Shown here: positions 15,876 through 33,894 of the stretch, in pieces
Numbering within the stretch: the first letter of the stretch is position 1
Layout of the letters: every line of letters starts with the position of its first letter
Source: Octopus vulgaris
Lineage: Eukaryota
Direction of reading: 5' to 3'
Assembly: GCA_951406725.2 (NCBI GenBank)
Contig: OX597819.1
Coordinates: 19,158,001 to 19,222,000, forward strand
DNA: 64,000 nucleotides
Translations under genes and position numbers: made by a program
Notes under the pieces: generated by a model
What the model was told of the DNA's origin: nothing
Database searches by the model: none
Seen by the model: the letters and a program-made list of their open reading frames with translations, nothing else

Positions 15876-16521
15876 ATGGTGCTAAAATTTTAAACCATCT
15901 GCTATTATTATTGCCATTACTATTAACACCAACATTATTATTCTCCTCTTCCTCCTCCAGCGCCGCCGCCTCCGGCCCATCAACATCATCATCATCATCA
16001 TCATCGTCATCATCATCATCTTCACATTGGACAACATCTTCATAACCATAACCGTCACCGTGGCACACATTTCTGTCCAGTCTCAGTGAAGTGAATATAA
16101 TTTAATTCCGACTTCCACCTCATCCACAACCCATCCACGACAACAACAACAACCAACTAAAAGAAAGAAGAAAAAAACGAAAAAGGAAATGACAAATAAA
16201 AACCCAACATAAATTAAAACAGGTAAAAAAAAAAAGAAAACAACAAAGAAATCACAACCCTTCCCTCCACCCAGCCTCCCCTTATTTGCATCAGGAACTA
16301 AAATAGGAGTAAAAGACTGCAAAAAGAACGTGAAAAAGCATTAATCAATTAATTAGTGCCTATTGGAAGACGACAATTGATTAATCGCATTTTCATACCA
16401 TTTTGTTTTCAGAAACGAAATTCATTGTTTAAAACTTAGTTGTTATTTATTTGTCTTTTAATTTTTATTTTTACTTTTTCTATACTATTTTCTTTTTCAT
16501 TGTATTTTTCCTTCTTTCTTC

Positions 16522-16575
<54 letters not shown>

Positions 16576-16678
16576 GTAGGTCTTGTTGTTTTGCGCTTTG
16601 CTTTTTTTAAGTATGTATATTATTTTAAGATTTATTACAAATTTCATTTCAATTTTCGACGTGATTTCATTCTATTTC

Positions 16679-16723
<45 letters not shown>

Positions 16724-16968
16724 GTATATATATATATGCATATGTATTTATATATATGCATATGTATATATGCTTGTATGTTTGTTTAAGTTATATTTCA
16801 TATGGTCAGCCTTTTAATTAAAACTTTTAATGAATATACAATATTATTATGCATACGTATATATTAATTCATTTCTTTGTGAAGGTTAGGGGCATTTCGA
16901 AAGGCTGACAAACACACATATGGAGTATATGTCGTTATATTTTATATGTATATATGTATGTATGCACG

Positions 16969-17019
<51 letters not shown>

Positions 17020-17277
17020 TTGTGCGTATATGTGAGAGTGTGTGTGTGTGTATGTGTGTGTGCACGTGTTTTCTAATTTTCTATTTTTGTTGAGCCGCTC
17101 CGAATTCCCTAGGTTTAGAGAATGTTTCTTTGGGAGATATAATTCTAAACGATCGATTCCTTCAACAAGGCACTCTGTTACTTTTGCACTGCAATGTTGT
17201 CTTGATATACTGTCATATATTTATATATTTTTGTGTGTAGAAATCTATAAATGTTTGAGTACGAGCATATTTCTTTT

Positions 17278-17600
17278 GGCACTCCGTCGCTAACGAGGAT
17301 CTGTGTTCCAGTTCATTCGATCAAGGGAACGTTCTGCTCGTGAAATTAACCTGTACCTGTACGAGTACTCCACAAGCATGCTCTCTCCTTAATGTAAGAC
17401 TCAAGGAGATTCAGCGTCACACATAATGTGACAATGCTGGCCCTTTGAAATACATATGCTGCACATTTTTGCCAGCTGAGTGGAATCTAGCCACGTGAAA
17501 TAAAGGGTTTTGTCTCAACAACACTGCTCACAGCAGAAAATCTAACTAAAGTACCTACGATTGTGAACTGAATAACCTTGTCATTCACTCTGTCTCAGCG
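17278..17600 (-). mobile_element. SINE family C, 3' half
   Basis: ggcactccgtcgc..gttccagtt..gtgaaattaac..gattcagcgtcacac..gctggccctttgaaatac is homologous to 60491-60640. Confidence 0.7.
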
Positions 17601-17695
17601 TATATATGCACAAAAGCACAGCGTGCCTCCCTATGCGTGCGTGCATGTATATGGAACTTATGGAACTTATATATGGAACTTATAGAATGCTCCAA

Positions 17696-18168
17696 GGTGG
17701 CGAGCTGGCAGAAATGTTAGCACGTCGGGCGAAATGCTTAGCGGTATTTCGTCTGCCGTTACGTTGACAGTTCAAATTCTGCCGAGGTCGACTTTATCTT
17801 TCATCCTTTCGGGGTCAATTAAATAAGTACCGGTTACGCACTGGTGTCGATATAATCGACTTAATCCGTGTGTCTGTCCTTGTTTGTTCACTTTGTGTAT
17901 AACCCTTCGGGGGTAGTAAAGCAATAGGTATGTAGGGCGGCGAGCTGGCAGAATCGTTAGCACGCCGGGCGAAATGCTTAGCTGTATTTCGTCTGCCGCT
18001 ACGTCCTGAGTTCAAATTCCGCCGAGGTCGACTTTGCTTTTCATCCTTTCAGGGTCAATTAAATAAGTACCAGTTACGCACTGGTGTCGATATAATCGAC
18101 TTAATCCGTGTGTGTGTCCTTGTTTGTCCCCTTTGTGTATAGTCCCTGGTGGGTAGTAAAGAAATAGG
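17696..18168 (+). mobile_element. Head-to-tail dimer of tRNA-derived SINE family A (17696-17928 and 17936-18168)
   Basis: Each unit has GGCGAGCTGGCAGAA (A box), GAGTTCAAATTCC (B box), the central box TTTCATCCTTTCGGGGTC..TAAGTACC and the tail GGGTAGTAAAGAAATAG. Confidence 0.9.
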
Positions 18169-18879
18169 TATGTATGAATGCTCCTGTCACTTTGATTATC
18201 GCACTAGGGTATGTCTAACCTTAATATTCAAATATATGTATGTGTGTGTGTGTGTGTATGTGTGTGTGTGTGTGTATGTTTGTGTGTGTGTCACATTACT
18301 AGAATTGTTAAAAATAAACGTTGAAACCCAAGACATTTTGGATAATGTGTTACTTTCCATGAAGGTACTTCTCTAATTATCGGTATTGTTATTGACTGAT
18401 GAACATTCTGTCAAGACTTTTAATCACGTCACCTCGTCTCGGGTGCATCGATTTATATTTCTATTACTAGTTAGGTATATGAAACGCACTAGTAGAACGT
18501 ATGTTGTTGATCAATTTAGAGTGAAACAGCTGTTGAAGAATATGGTTACAATAAGTTTATAAATATGAATTATAAACGTAAAAATTACGTTCGTTCTATA
18601 TAAAGTTAGTGATTTGAAATATGGATTAGTTTGAAGAGTGAATATTTTATATTAAATCTAAACTTTTGTACACCTTTTAAGGTTCTGTATCTGACTATAG
18701 GTCTGTGTTGGTCGCTAATTCAGCTTCTGGCTTAACTAGGTTGAATGAAGCGTTTTAGAACCAAGCTCTGTTGAGGGTGGAAGGTTATTGTCCTGGTTTT
18801 TCCGTCCCATGCAACATGCGTTTTAGTAGCAGTGGCAACTTGAGAACTGATTATTCTTTATACTCTCTAGAACAGCGAC

Positions 18880-19075
18880 CTGGCGGAATAATTAACACGC
18901 CAGGTAAAGTGCTTGGAACGTCTTGCCGTTCTGAGTTCAAATCACGCCGAGTTCGCCTTTGTCTTTCATCTTTTCCGGGACGATAAAATAAGTGCCAGTT
19001 AAACACTGAGGCTTGATCTAAACAATTGACCCCGTCTCGCTAAATTGTTGGCTTAATGCCAGATTTGAAAACCAA
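18880..19075 (+). mobile_element. SINE family A, diverged copy
   Basis: gttctgagttcaaatcacgccgag..tttcatcttttccgggacgataaataagtgccag. Confidence 0.7.
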
Positions 19076-19863
19076 CATTATTTGGTATAGTTTTCCACCA
19101 ACGTCAGTATGAGGTCAACTTTGCTTCATATATTTCAGTTATAGCAGTCATTATTACCACATTATTGAATTGATATGTAATAGCTTTATTCATAATATTT
19201 TTATATCAGTTGAATCGATGCATTTTAAGAGATTTCGCTCAAGTGCCAAGATAGTATCTTTGTGTCCTTTTTAATGTCATTTAATATGACAAGTTTTAAA
19301 TATTCGTCCTAAACCAGGACTGCCGTGTTATATTGGTAAACAATCTTTACTACAAAGTACTGTTGCTGAATATCTCACGTTGTGGGATTTAAAAATAGTA
19401 ATTTTCTAAGTTTTAAAAATGTTGGATATCTTTATTCTTCTAGTCCCAATCGAAATTCAACGAACCTCTTTGACTTCAATATGGGTCGACTTCAGAATTT
19501 GACTTCAATATAGATCTTGTGATTTCATACGTTTTGCCTGTTAGAAGCCATTTTAAGTTCTAATTCATTTCGTTTTAGTATACATTATTTCATAAATTCC
19601 ACAAGAAGTGATTCCTGTATATTCTTTTGATATTCCTTTTTAATCCATTTCATTTTTATTAATCGCACTCAAATTTAGGTAGACATTTCACGTTACTTTA
19701 ATGTTTCTGGTGTCGCTGTTGCACCCAACATGTTTCATCGACGTCGTTCAATTATGAAGCTGGTTTATCTTTATATCTATTGAGCATATAATCGATTCGC
19801 GATTTAATGAACTGTGCCTTTTATCTTATATATTTTTCATGTTTCAGTCCTTCGATAAATGCT

Positions 19864-22620
<2,757 letters not shown>

Positions 22621-24437
22621 TTCTCATACTAAAGCTAAAATTGTTTCTAAGAATAAACTTTTTGATCCAGATTTTAGTTGGATTGCCCAAATCACCGGGA
22701 ATGGAATATATTAATGAGTTGCATATGATTTCAAGTGATGTTAAATGAAAAACTCTCTGTCATTCAGTGTGATTCAGGGGCAAATTGAAAAAAAAAAAAA
22801 CAGAAAAGGAAAAACACAGAAGAAAACAAATTTATTCCTGCAAAAAAATACTCAGTATAAAGAGTGGATTCCTGGCATTCACACACAAACTTATCGTAAG
22901 TATCATTCTTAATTGACAAAAATTTAATGTCAAAATCCCAGAAAGGATGAAATTCAAAGATGACCTCGGCCGAGTTTGAGCTCAGACCGTATGTAAATAT
23001 AGAGTATATAACTATAAACACACACACATAAGCGAATACTAACTTTCATATACGTGTGTGTGTGTGTGCATATATGTGTATGAGCGTGCGTGTATGCTTG
23101 TGTGTGTGTGCGTGCGTGTGTGCGTATGTGTGCTTGCACGCATGAATGCTAGTAGCTGTGTGTGCCTGTGATTCTTCGTCTTTGTATCTGTATAAAATTG
23201 CCTATACATATTCACACGCATTTACATATACAACAATACACACAAAACCAAACACACACAAGCGCATACCAACGTAGAAACACGTACTTTAACTTTCACA
23301 CACACACACAAGCATGCATGCAGTAGTACAGATATGCAGAGATAAATATGCTAGCATGATAATTTTCTATGGCTGCAGTCGCATATTTCTGAAATTATCA
23401 TTTAGTTTGACAGAAAGGAACGTAAATGATTTCGAATCAATTCCTATTGCTGTATTTATCTTAAATTTCAATAGTTTATCACAATGCCGTTGCAGAAAGC
23501 AAAATAATAAACCAAAAATATTTCAAATTCAAATTCTTCCTACAACCATAAGTAATTGCTTTGATAATTATTTCTGGATCAATAGCCTCATAATTTTTAT
23601 TTTATGAACGGAGAACCTTACAAATGTGTTAGGGTGAAGCTATTTAAGCCTGTTTAGAGTTTTAATATTTCTTATACTGTAATATACACCATTTTACTTA
23701 CGCTTTTTGCACGAATCTCACCATATTTTTTTTAATCTTCACATCTAGCGCTTCTTCTTTTAGAAATGATTGATAGCAGTTGTATTATTCACATTCATTA
23801 TTCGAAAATTTTGCGATATACACAAACACACGTATGTCTGTATGTATTTATGTACCTGCACATAAGCCTATATATGTATGTATACCTATATGTACATATA
23901 TGTATGTATATATATAATATAATATAATATAATATAATGTAGATGCATACTTGTTTTATACATATGTATATATATATGTATATGTGTGTGTATGTTTGTA
24001 TGCCTCTGTATATATGTCAGGGAAAGGAAAGGAGAAGCAGAAAGAATGACAGTGAAAAAGACTGAGATTTGTAAAGTAGAGAATGTGCAAAATGTTGGAA
24101 AATTCAGTAGAAAATTCCTCTTCCTCGTTGGCCTAGAGACGCCAAAAGAGAAGAGGTGAAATAGTTTAAAACGTTCTGCATTTTAATAATATCATTATTT
24201 TTGCTGTATTGCTAAAGAACGTGTACTTTTACACCAGAAAATATGGACATCAGGAAGATTATTTGTTGGTATTCATTCATACACACACACACACACGCAC
24301 ACACACGCACACACACATGTATGTGTATATATTATGTATGTATATATATATATGTATTATGTATGTATATATATGTGTGTATATATATATATCTATATCT
24401 ATATATCTATATATATGTATATATACACGTATACATA

Positions 24438-24494
<57 letters not shown>

Positions 24495-24641
24495 TTATAT
24501 ATATATATATATACATACATATTTATACAAATATATATATATATACATGCACACACACATACATATATGTGAGTGTGTGTGTTTGTTCGTAATTATCCCC
24601 GTCAACGCTGGACAACCGCTGTTGTTTTGTTTACGGTGATA

Positions 24642-24790
24642 CAGCTTAGTGGTTCGGCAAAAGAACCGTTGTAATAATTGTCAGGTTTAAAAAGAATAAG
24701 TACTGTGATCGATTCTTTCGTCTAACACCCTTCAAGGTTATGCTCCAGCATGGCCGCAGCCCAATGACTAATTCGGTCAAGCGATAAAAA
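24642..24790 (+). mobile_element. SINE family B, 3' part
   Basis: cttagtggttcggcaaaaga..aataagtact..tgctccagcatggccgcagcccaatgact. Confidence 0.7.
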
Positions 24791-24794
24791 GATT

Positions 24795-25282
24795 ATGAAC
24801 GAAGGCAGGAAAAATATGCAATGATATACATCTGGAAATTCCTGGAAGGCCTTCTACCAAACTCTGGCATTAAAAATTACTCAAACAGTAGAATGGGGAG
24901 GTGCTGCATAGTACCAAAGATCCCAGCATTACTATCAAGATTCAGGATTAGATACTGCAACAGCTTGAGATTCAAAGGCCCACAGCTCTTAATATCTTTC
25001 TAAAATTCCTAAGGGACCTGCATGGTCATTCAGGCATGGTCCCTCAGGCATTAAGGTGTCTTTAAAACGATAGATCGATCTCTTCCTCTCAAATGTTCAA
25101 GAGGATCCTACCTCAAAGCAGGTAACTTAGATGTGAGCAGCGGCATCAAACTCCCTTATTCACCAAATTCCACAAATCAAAGCAGTTTTAAACTAATGGT
25201 GTAGCCCAGTCAACGGTGGTGCTCCAGTATGACCGCACCTTTGAAGCTGAACCATTTTAACGAATTAAAGAATTAAAGAATA
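24795..25282 (+). mobile_element. CR1-group LINE 3' end (candidate partner LINE of the SINE B and U2 tails)
   Basis: RRQEKYAMIYIWKFLEGLLPN..YCNSLRFKGPQL (RRERY.IIY.WKILEGLVPN motif). The 3'UTR ends ggtggtgctccagtatgaccgcacctttgaagctgaac plus (gaattaaa)n. Confidence 0.8.
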
Positions 25283-25401
25283 TATACTTACACACAATCA
25301 CACCCATATATATATATATTTATATATATATATATGTAGGTCCCGGGTTGAGTCGGGGTTAACCACAATAAATTGATTTAGAAGCTCCTTCTATAAAATA
25401 A

Positions 25402-25460
<59 letters not shown>

Positions 25461-26035
25461 AATATATATATATGTATGTATATATTTATATATATATATA
25501 CATATATATATATACATATTTATGTCTGTGTATATAGATGTGTGAGTATACAGACACACATATACAGATGCATATGCGTATATATATGACAAAACTGGTA
25601 TTGGAATGGGGGGGAGGACTTATAAATGCTTAATGTTCTTTTCTAGTTATGCCGACTGTTGCTGCTGCTGCTACTGCTGTTACTACTACTGCTGCTGCTG
25701 TGGCTACCACAGCTGCTATGGTTACTGTTGCTAATCTGGTTGTTGTTGTTGTTATTGTTGTTGTTGTTGAGGTTGATGTTGTTGGTGTGATTGTTGCGGA
25801 CTGAAATGGTTTTTGTTGAAGTTTCTTTGTAGAAAACACTTCAGAAGAAATTGTCTGCAGGAGGTTTGGCTTCAACAAGACACTCAACGTTAAAATACAA
25901 AAGGACCGACTGCATGTATCTTTAACAAACGCACGCTCACGCTTGTATAAATACACACACCAACTGGTATATACATACATGTACATATACACCCACATAA
26001 AAACACACACGTATTTGTAAATATGTATATTAGTG

Positions 26036-26123
<88 letters not shown>

Positions 26124-26278
26124 TGTGTATGCATGTATATATATATATGTATGTATGTATATATATATATATATATGTATGTATATATATATGTATGTAT
26201 GCATGTATATATATATATATTTATATATATATATATACATGCGTACATACATATATATATATATATATATATACATAC

Positions 26279-26326
<48 letters not shown>

Positions 26327-26783
26327 GAGTGTGTGTGTGTGTGTGTGTATCCGTGTGTTTGAGAATATATTCTATATGCTAACATACTGAAATAACATCC
26401 TGCAGGTCATACACCGATATGCATATAGTTACGTGTTCATACGATTTCAGATTCGCACAGGAGGGCATATTTGTACATGATTAGATAGATTTAAATGGTT
26501 TTGTTGTACGTTTTGTTGTTTCGAGTCGTGTATGCATATCTGTGAGTGTTTGCTTGTTCGTGTGTATACCTATATGTATATTTTAGAATGCATGTGCCTG
26601 TATGCATAAATATAAATGTATATGTATGCGTGTATGAGAGTTTATTCGTACATACATAACACGCAGACACGCATATCCATGTATATATGCATATATATAT
26701 ATATATAGACACACACATACATATATACATATACCTATATATTTATAGATGTGTGTATGTATATTTAGCAGTGGTACTTCTAT

Positions 26784-26839
<56 letters not shown>

Positions 26840-27644
26840 TGCATATTCACGTGTGTATGCGTTTGTATTCCTATTTCATATGTTCTTCTACGCACACACA
26901 ATTCTAAAGAGCCCATCTTTTCTAGCTGATCGCATTTTCCTTTTGACCTAGATTCGTGACCTCTGTAGAATTGTGGCACAAATATATAGAATGATAGGTG
27001 CTTAGTGATTCCATTATCCTCCCACCTAACCACCCGCAACTTTCTCTAAAAGAAGTAGGTTATCATTCGCTGGAAATAACAAGGATTGGAGAAGAATCGA
27101 CCTATTTCTGTTATCGGAACCTAAAATAAAAGAAAAAAAAAATGTCTTATAATATTCTCTTGCATGGTTTAATAATCTCATCTGAAGAGGTAATGGAATT
27201 GTTTTTCGCATCTACTCGTCTTATCATTCCCAAGTAATTTCTGCTACAGTGCTACATGTGTGAAACGGCAAACAATTATGCGACTGATCCGCTATCAAGA
27301 TACTCGTATGCAACATGTTAAAGAACATTAATCTCCATCTCTGTATAAGTTCACTCATGCGAAGCTGGTGATTTATTATATCGACCCTACAGCGCTACTC
27401 TCGGCTTCTTCGTTCAGGCGCATCAACAAACTCATAAGCTAGAACCTCGGATAGACAGCATCAATACGCTTTACAAGATGCGGTGATCATCGGTTCTACA
27501 AGGAGTGAGTATTACACACATACAACTGCGCATGCGCATGTTTGCATCTTTCTCTGCATACATATATACATATAAACAAACATATGCGATAGGTAGGCGT
27601 GTTTCACTCACTCTCTACATACATACATACATATTATTTTCCTT

Positions 27645-27845
27645 GTTTTAGTTATTTGACTGCGCCCATGCAGGAGCACCGCTTTAAAGGGTTTTAGTCG
27701 AACAAATGGACCCCAGTACTTATACTTTGGGAGCCTTGTACTTATTCGACTGGTCTCTTTTGTCAAACAGCTAGGTTACAGGACGTAAACACACTACCAT
27801 CGGTTGCCAAGTGAAAGAGGGAGACAAACAGACGCAAAGACATAC
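27645..27845 (-). mobile_element. SINE family B, 3' part
   Basis: tttgactgcgcccatgcaggagcaccgc..ggtctcttttgtcaaacagctaggttac is homologous to 7480-7650. Confidence 0.7.
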
Positions 27846-27926
27846 ACGCCTACCCCATGTATATATGCATGTATATGCATATATTTATATATATGTATTA
27901 TGTATGTATGTATGTATGTATGTATG

Positions 27927-27976
<50 letters not shown>

Positions 27977-28463
27977 TGCATGATAAGATTTAGAATTTTA
28001 AAAAATTATCTGTTATGTCCGTTCTATAATGTCACGTGATACTGTTTGGCTCGGTTAGTTAAAGCTGTCACAGTTGAGTGAATATGTTTAGTGACAATCC
28101 TAAGCTTCACGGCTGCGAGAATTTTGTCTGTCAAATGTGGTAGAGTAAGATTACCTGGTTAGTAATCTTAGAATTTTTTTTTTAATGCTTCCCCACTACA
28201 AGCAGGTATGAAGCATATATTCAGGTATTGTTATTTTCATACACCTGTCTGCATTTATACACAATTGATGACACATCGATTGAGAAACTTTGAACTTTGA
28301 CGCGTTGAACAATGACCTTACTTAGTAAAATATAAGAATTCTTCTACAGCAAAACCTTTTTGGTGAAAAAATGCAGTAAAATTTATTCCGCACATCTATT
28401 TTTATGAGCGGTCTTAGTTTTTATAATCTTATACGTGTACTTTTAAGTAACATGTGATCTCTC

Positions 28464-28524
<61 letters not shown>

Positions 28525-29031
28525 GTCTCTCTCTCTCTCTGTCTCTCTCTCTCTCTCCCTTGCCCTTTTTCTCTCTGAGGTATGTGCCACTTAAAAGTAT
28601 CCTCGTGAAAACATTCACTAATTGTTTCTCATGTATATCCACTGTACGGAACATTTCTTTGTACACGTAATATTGCATAAATGAATGTGATCAAAATATT
28701 CACTTCTGAAAATTAATGAAACTTGTCATAATCAAATATGCATGTCTATGTGTGTGCACAAAATGTTACCGGTGCGAAAATTTTCCTTCGTGCACAAGAC
28801 GATTAGTGTCGTTTCCCACCGGAAGGATTTTGCCAACATAACATTAGTTTTGGCGGGAAAAATTAAAGCTGGATAACTTTTGAACACACCACGTGTGTAT
28901 GTTTATGTATGTATATATATATATATTACACACACATATATATACATACATATATTTATGCATACATATTCATATACATACATATATATATGTATACATA
29001 CATACATACACACACACACATATATATATAT

Positions 29032-29132
<101 letters not shown>

Positions 29133-29370
29133 CAAGATAAGAAAATGGAGAAATACATCTAAATCAAATATTAATTATCAGATAATACTCAATCACATAC
29201 TTTATTAAACCACCACATAAGAGACTGTAGGGTTAAACATAAAAAAGGAATGTACACAAAGGAATGTACATAAAAAAGTGTACATAAAAGAGTAATGTTG
29301 TATAATAAGTAGAAAATATATAGAAAAGAGAATATAAATATAATTAAAAATAAATATAAGTATAGATTAC

Positions 29371-29497
29371 ATCTTACAGCTGTTTCGGCCATGTAGATAA
29401 GTATGTCTCATTTTACCAATATTAGCCTATTATGGTAGGTCAATATATGGATATAAATGAGATATTTACAAAAGTATCATAAGGCCCCTTCGGAGAT
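29371..29497 (-). ncRNA. Degenerate type I hammerhead-ribozyme-like motif with long helix II
   Basis: Minus strand reads AUCU-CCGAAGG-GGCC..(~90 nt)..GGCC-GAAA-CAGCUG-UA-AGAU. Helix I is AUCU/AGAU, helix II is GGCC/GGCC, and helix III is the palindrome ACAGCUGU. The core has two changes from CUGANGA. Confidence 0.6.
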
Positions 29498-32400
29498 ATA
29501 CATATACATATGAGTGCATATACTCACACCCCTATACATATAAAAATATAAATATACATAATAATGCAAATAAATAATATAAATTAGTAAACATATATAT
29601 GTGTTCCACACTCAATGTTTCAGTTTTTCAACTTAATATTGTGATAATAAATATACACATATTAGTACCTATATGCAAATATACATAGTCAATAGTACAT
29701 TATATTATTTCCTACTAATTTCAAAAGTGTCATTAAAGTTAGCATCATTAACGTTGTCAATACCATTAATTATCATTCATAATATTATTAATATCGCTTA
29801 CATTAGGATCCGAAGTGGCACATATGTATGTCCGGGTTCCATTTAGTAATTTTCCTTATGGCATAAATACACTATTGGATTTGAATTTAAACTATCATTG
29901 TTTACCTTATGGTTGGCCCGTTCAGAGCTGCCCCAACACCGCACAAGAAAATCGTACACATCCACATTCAACCCTAAACCCACACACACATGCACACACA
30001 CATGAATAAAACCCAACACATCGCTACACATTCACTAGATTTGCAGAGTGCATGTCTGTCATCACATGGCTTATAAACAAATCAGTACAGGCCGCAGTAT
30101 CTATACACTAACACACACAATCATATGCACATCCGCATATACTCATAGATATTAATACAATCTCATATACTGTATCAGTGAACATTCGCACACACATATA
30201 TATACATATTTAAATATATGTCTACGCACTCATACGTACTCTGCGTACTCATATGCATAAGAAAAACATACATCCGCACGACCACCCACGTACATATCTA
30301 TACGTACAAAAACATACATTCGTACACATACACATTTTCACACACATCGTCACCTCAACCCACATCTACCAAATCATAAATTAAAAATATATGTCTGCCC
30401 ATCCAAGAACGTATATATACATACACAAAAAGTAAACAGAAGTTACTATTAACTTAGAGATAAGTTCATTAATTATAAATTAAATTAAATTAATTATAAG
30501 TTAGTAAGTGCCAAATATAATCAAAAATAAATAATTAAATAAATATATATATATATATATATATCCATGTATAGATAAATAGATAAATAAAATGGAATAC
30601 AAATTAAGAAGAGCACAAAGATAAACCTAATATAGTAAATACAAGTGGATGCGCCGAAATGCACCCACCTGCACATACATGAGCATGCACGCCCTCGCAT
30701 GGACACGCGAATTCATGGCCGGGCCCACACGCACAAGTTCCTCCCGCACGCACGATCACCGAGATGCACACCAGAGCACGCATACAAGTACACACGAATG
30801 TTCGCAAGCGCAGCGCGCGAGAGTGCACATGTTGATGCACATGCGCGGACGCGCTCGCGCATGCGTGCGCACATATATGTGTATGTATACATATACATAT
30901 ATAAGAAAATCAGAAAGCATATTCCAGATACATATAAAACTTATTTACAAATATCAAGAATAGAGAAATTTTATGTTATAGTGAATAGCGCTTTATTATG
31001 TAAACAACTGCTGTATTATTTCCAAATATCCTCCGAGTGCAATATATAAATACTTTCTTTCTACCAAGAAATTCCACATTACTTGCAAGGAATATTAATC
31101 TAAAAGTCAAGATATTGTTGGCCAATGAATTTCACAGCATCAATCGTATAATTGAATGCGATAAAGTTTTTACTGTTAGATCAAATAATCTTTGGTTCCT
31201 TCACTTTAATGTTCCTACATTTTGCTTGATATATTTGAAATGTTTAAAAAAATGTGTTTCGTGAACATATTTACAAACCAGACTATATGGCAGCTAAAAG
31301 TAAAAATTGGGCGGACAGAAAACAAAATATTCACAATAAATTGTGAATTTAAGAATTATGATAAACGACGTGACAGAGTCTTATTCAAATACATCTAAAT
31401 TATAAACAGCGCATTATTCATTTTAAGATTGATTAGTTTGTAACAGAATATTTTTTTTATAATCTAAACAGAATGAAAAATATTCTAGCTATCACAATAT
31501 AAAATAAATTGTCATATGCACGGTGTCCAATACTTAATAGGTTTCTGCAAATTCAAAATTGACTCTGATAACGGGGGTTGTGTTTCATGTTAGGGGTAAC
31601 AGCCTTGCCTTTCCGACAAATATGTGCTCGTGAGATTCGATACATTAATATGCGTGAGGCAACTGTTGTTTCGTTATCCTTGAGTCTCCTCAGCTTGAAG
31701 AATTTCCGTAAACCAATGAATCTCTCAAGAGCAGATGTTCTTCTTTAAAACCTTGTCGAAAAATCTATTCGTTGTTCAGTGCTAACGTGAATTTTAAAAA
31801 TCTAGATGACAGCACAAATACACCCAAAATAATTCAAAATTATCCATTATATACTGAATTTTGTTCACCTATTTCTCATTAATAATTGCGTACGAGTGCC
31901 AGCATATAACACACTTGTGGATGTAAATGTCTGAAGGTAAGAACTTTTCAAGAAACCCTGTCACCTATCATTTGTAATATAATATATAATAAAGATATGT
32001 AATGAGATAATCTAATGCTATCTTTTTTATGGCATCTAGAGAGAAACAAAGTAATTGTATTCTGAGACACGTGTGTTTACTGGAACGCATGATTATATTT
32101 AGGCGTCTGAGACAAACTGACAGAAATATTGTGTTGAAAGTATATTTGGCTGCTCCGCCATGGTAATACCATCCACTTTCAAGTCTCTGTCTCGAACGAT
32201 GATGAAATTTCATGCAATTATACTCAAACGCATACACACCACCTATATATATATATATACAAATATACATACACATGATATTCTTTGTGACTGCTTATGT
32301 GAGCATTTCTATAATACGATTTATATTTGCGTATTTATAAAAGTGTGTACGCCAGGGTGAGCGTGTCAGTATGTCTGTGCGTATGTATTTATATCTGTTT

Positions 32401-32855
32401 ATGTGTGTTTGTATGTATATATTTATATGTACACGCACACACATACGCGCATACATATATATATATGCATATATATATGTATATATGCATATATATATAT
32501 ATATATGCATATATATTCATATATATATTTATGTATGTATATGTAGTTATATGTATATACATACATAAAATGTGATAGATAAACACAGTCTCACATACAT
32601 ACTTACACACTCAAAGACACACATACATATAGAGACACGCTTGACAGCGAGTGATATATATATGTATACACACACACTCTTATAAATAAAGTATATATAT
32701 TTTGTTTTTGTATTTGGTTTACAAGATTCTTTATGTGAATTCGTGTGTTGAAGTATATTTTATTGCGTCTGGGAAGAGACATTCTCTTTTAGTGCTTTAT
32801 TATTTAACACACTCACCTGTAAATATTCCACTCATTTACTTATTAATCTTTCCTA

Positions 32856-32894
<39 letters not shown>

Positions 32895-33894
32895 AGAGAG
32901 AGAGGGGTATAACATATGCTATATAACATAAATTCTTCGTTTGTCTCCACCTCCATATATAATAAATGACAATGAAGATCGTTAATCCACGAGAAGGGGA
33001 GATAATATCAAGAAATTTCATTCTCCATAAATAACATTCTTCTTGGCTTGCGATGAAAAGAGCGTCGTGGACCCGTATTTCTGGTTCTATATCCCTTATA
33101 AACATTATTGCCCGACATCTTTTCAAGTAACCCAGGGACTTAAGGTACAGAAAAAATAATAAGCCAATAGTAGAGGACATTTAAGGACAGTCTGAGAGAT
33201 TCCATTTAATTTTAAAATAATGGTCGCTAGCTTCTGGTTTGTCACTTTCGTTGTTGTCATTATTATCATAATTCTCATTGACATCATCGTCATAATACTC
33301 ATCATCATCATCGTTCTGCTCATCGTTGTTGGCTACCGCTGAACCAACACTATCACCACCATCACCAACACACATACTCAACTATAAGCGGAACCTCGCC
33401 GCCTCATTTAACGTCTTAAACCTCAAAAGTAACGTCAAGTATCAATCTCCGCCCCATCCGTGAATATTGTGATTTCCCCCTCCAAAGGTATGCATAGACA
33501 TTCTCTGTTAAACACACAAATGGACAACAGCATACACATTAAACAATCACACACAATCACATCAAATACGCAGTCACACATGACGCACATACACACACAT
33601 GCACACACCCACATACACACATAACACAACCACATGCACACACATCCACAAAAACGTTTGTCAGAGAGACACATTCCACATAAACATATACACTTACATA
33701 GAGAGATACATATACTCAGACACATCGTACACCAATGCATTAACACTGGGGGTCAAGCAAGGGCGTTTTCAGTGGGAATTCATACCCCTACCTATGGCAA
33801 AGAAATCGGTGCCATATCATGCACTGTAACACTGACGACAGGTCAGCTGGCTAAATCAGCCATGGGTTTCTTCAACGTAGAAATACTGGTTTTA

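Noticed and set aside
15823-16068. Acidic ORF MCHGDGYGYEDVVQCEDDDD..
   Set aside because: Built from (GAT)n/(AAT)n repeats and runs into a SINE fragment. No splice or domain support.
27393-27505. Exon-like segment ending GGA|GTGAGT
   Set aside because: All three frames from the nearest good acceptor contain stops.
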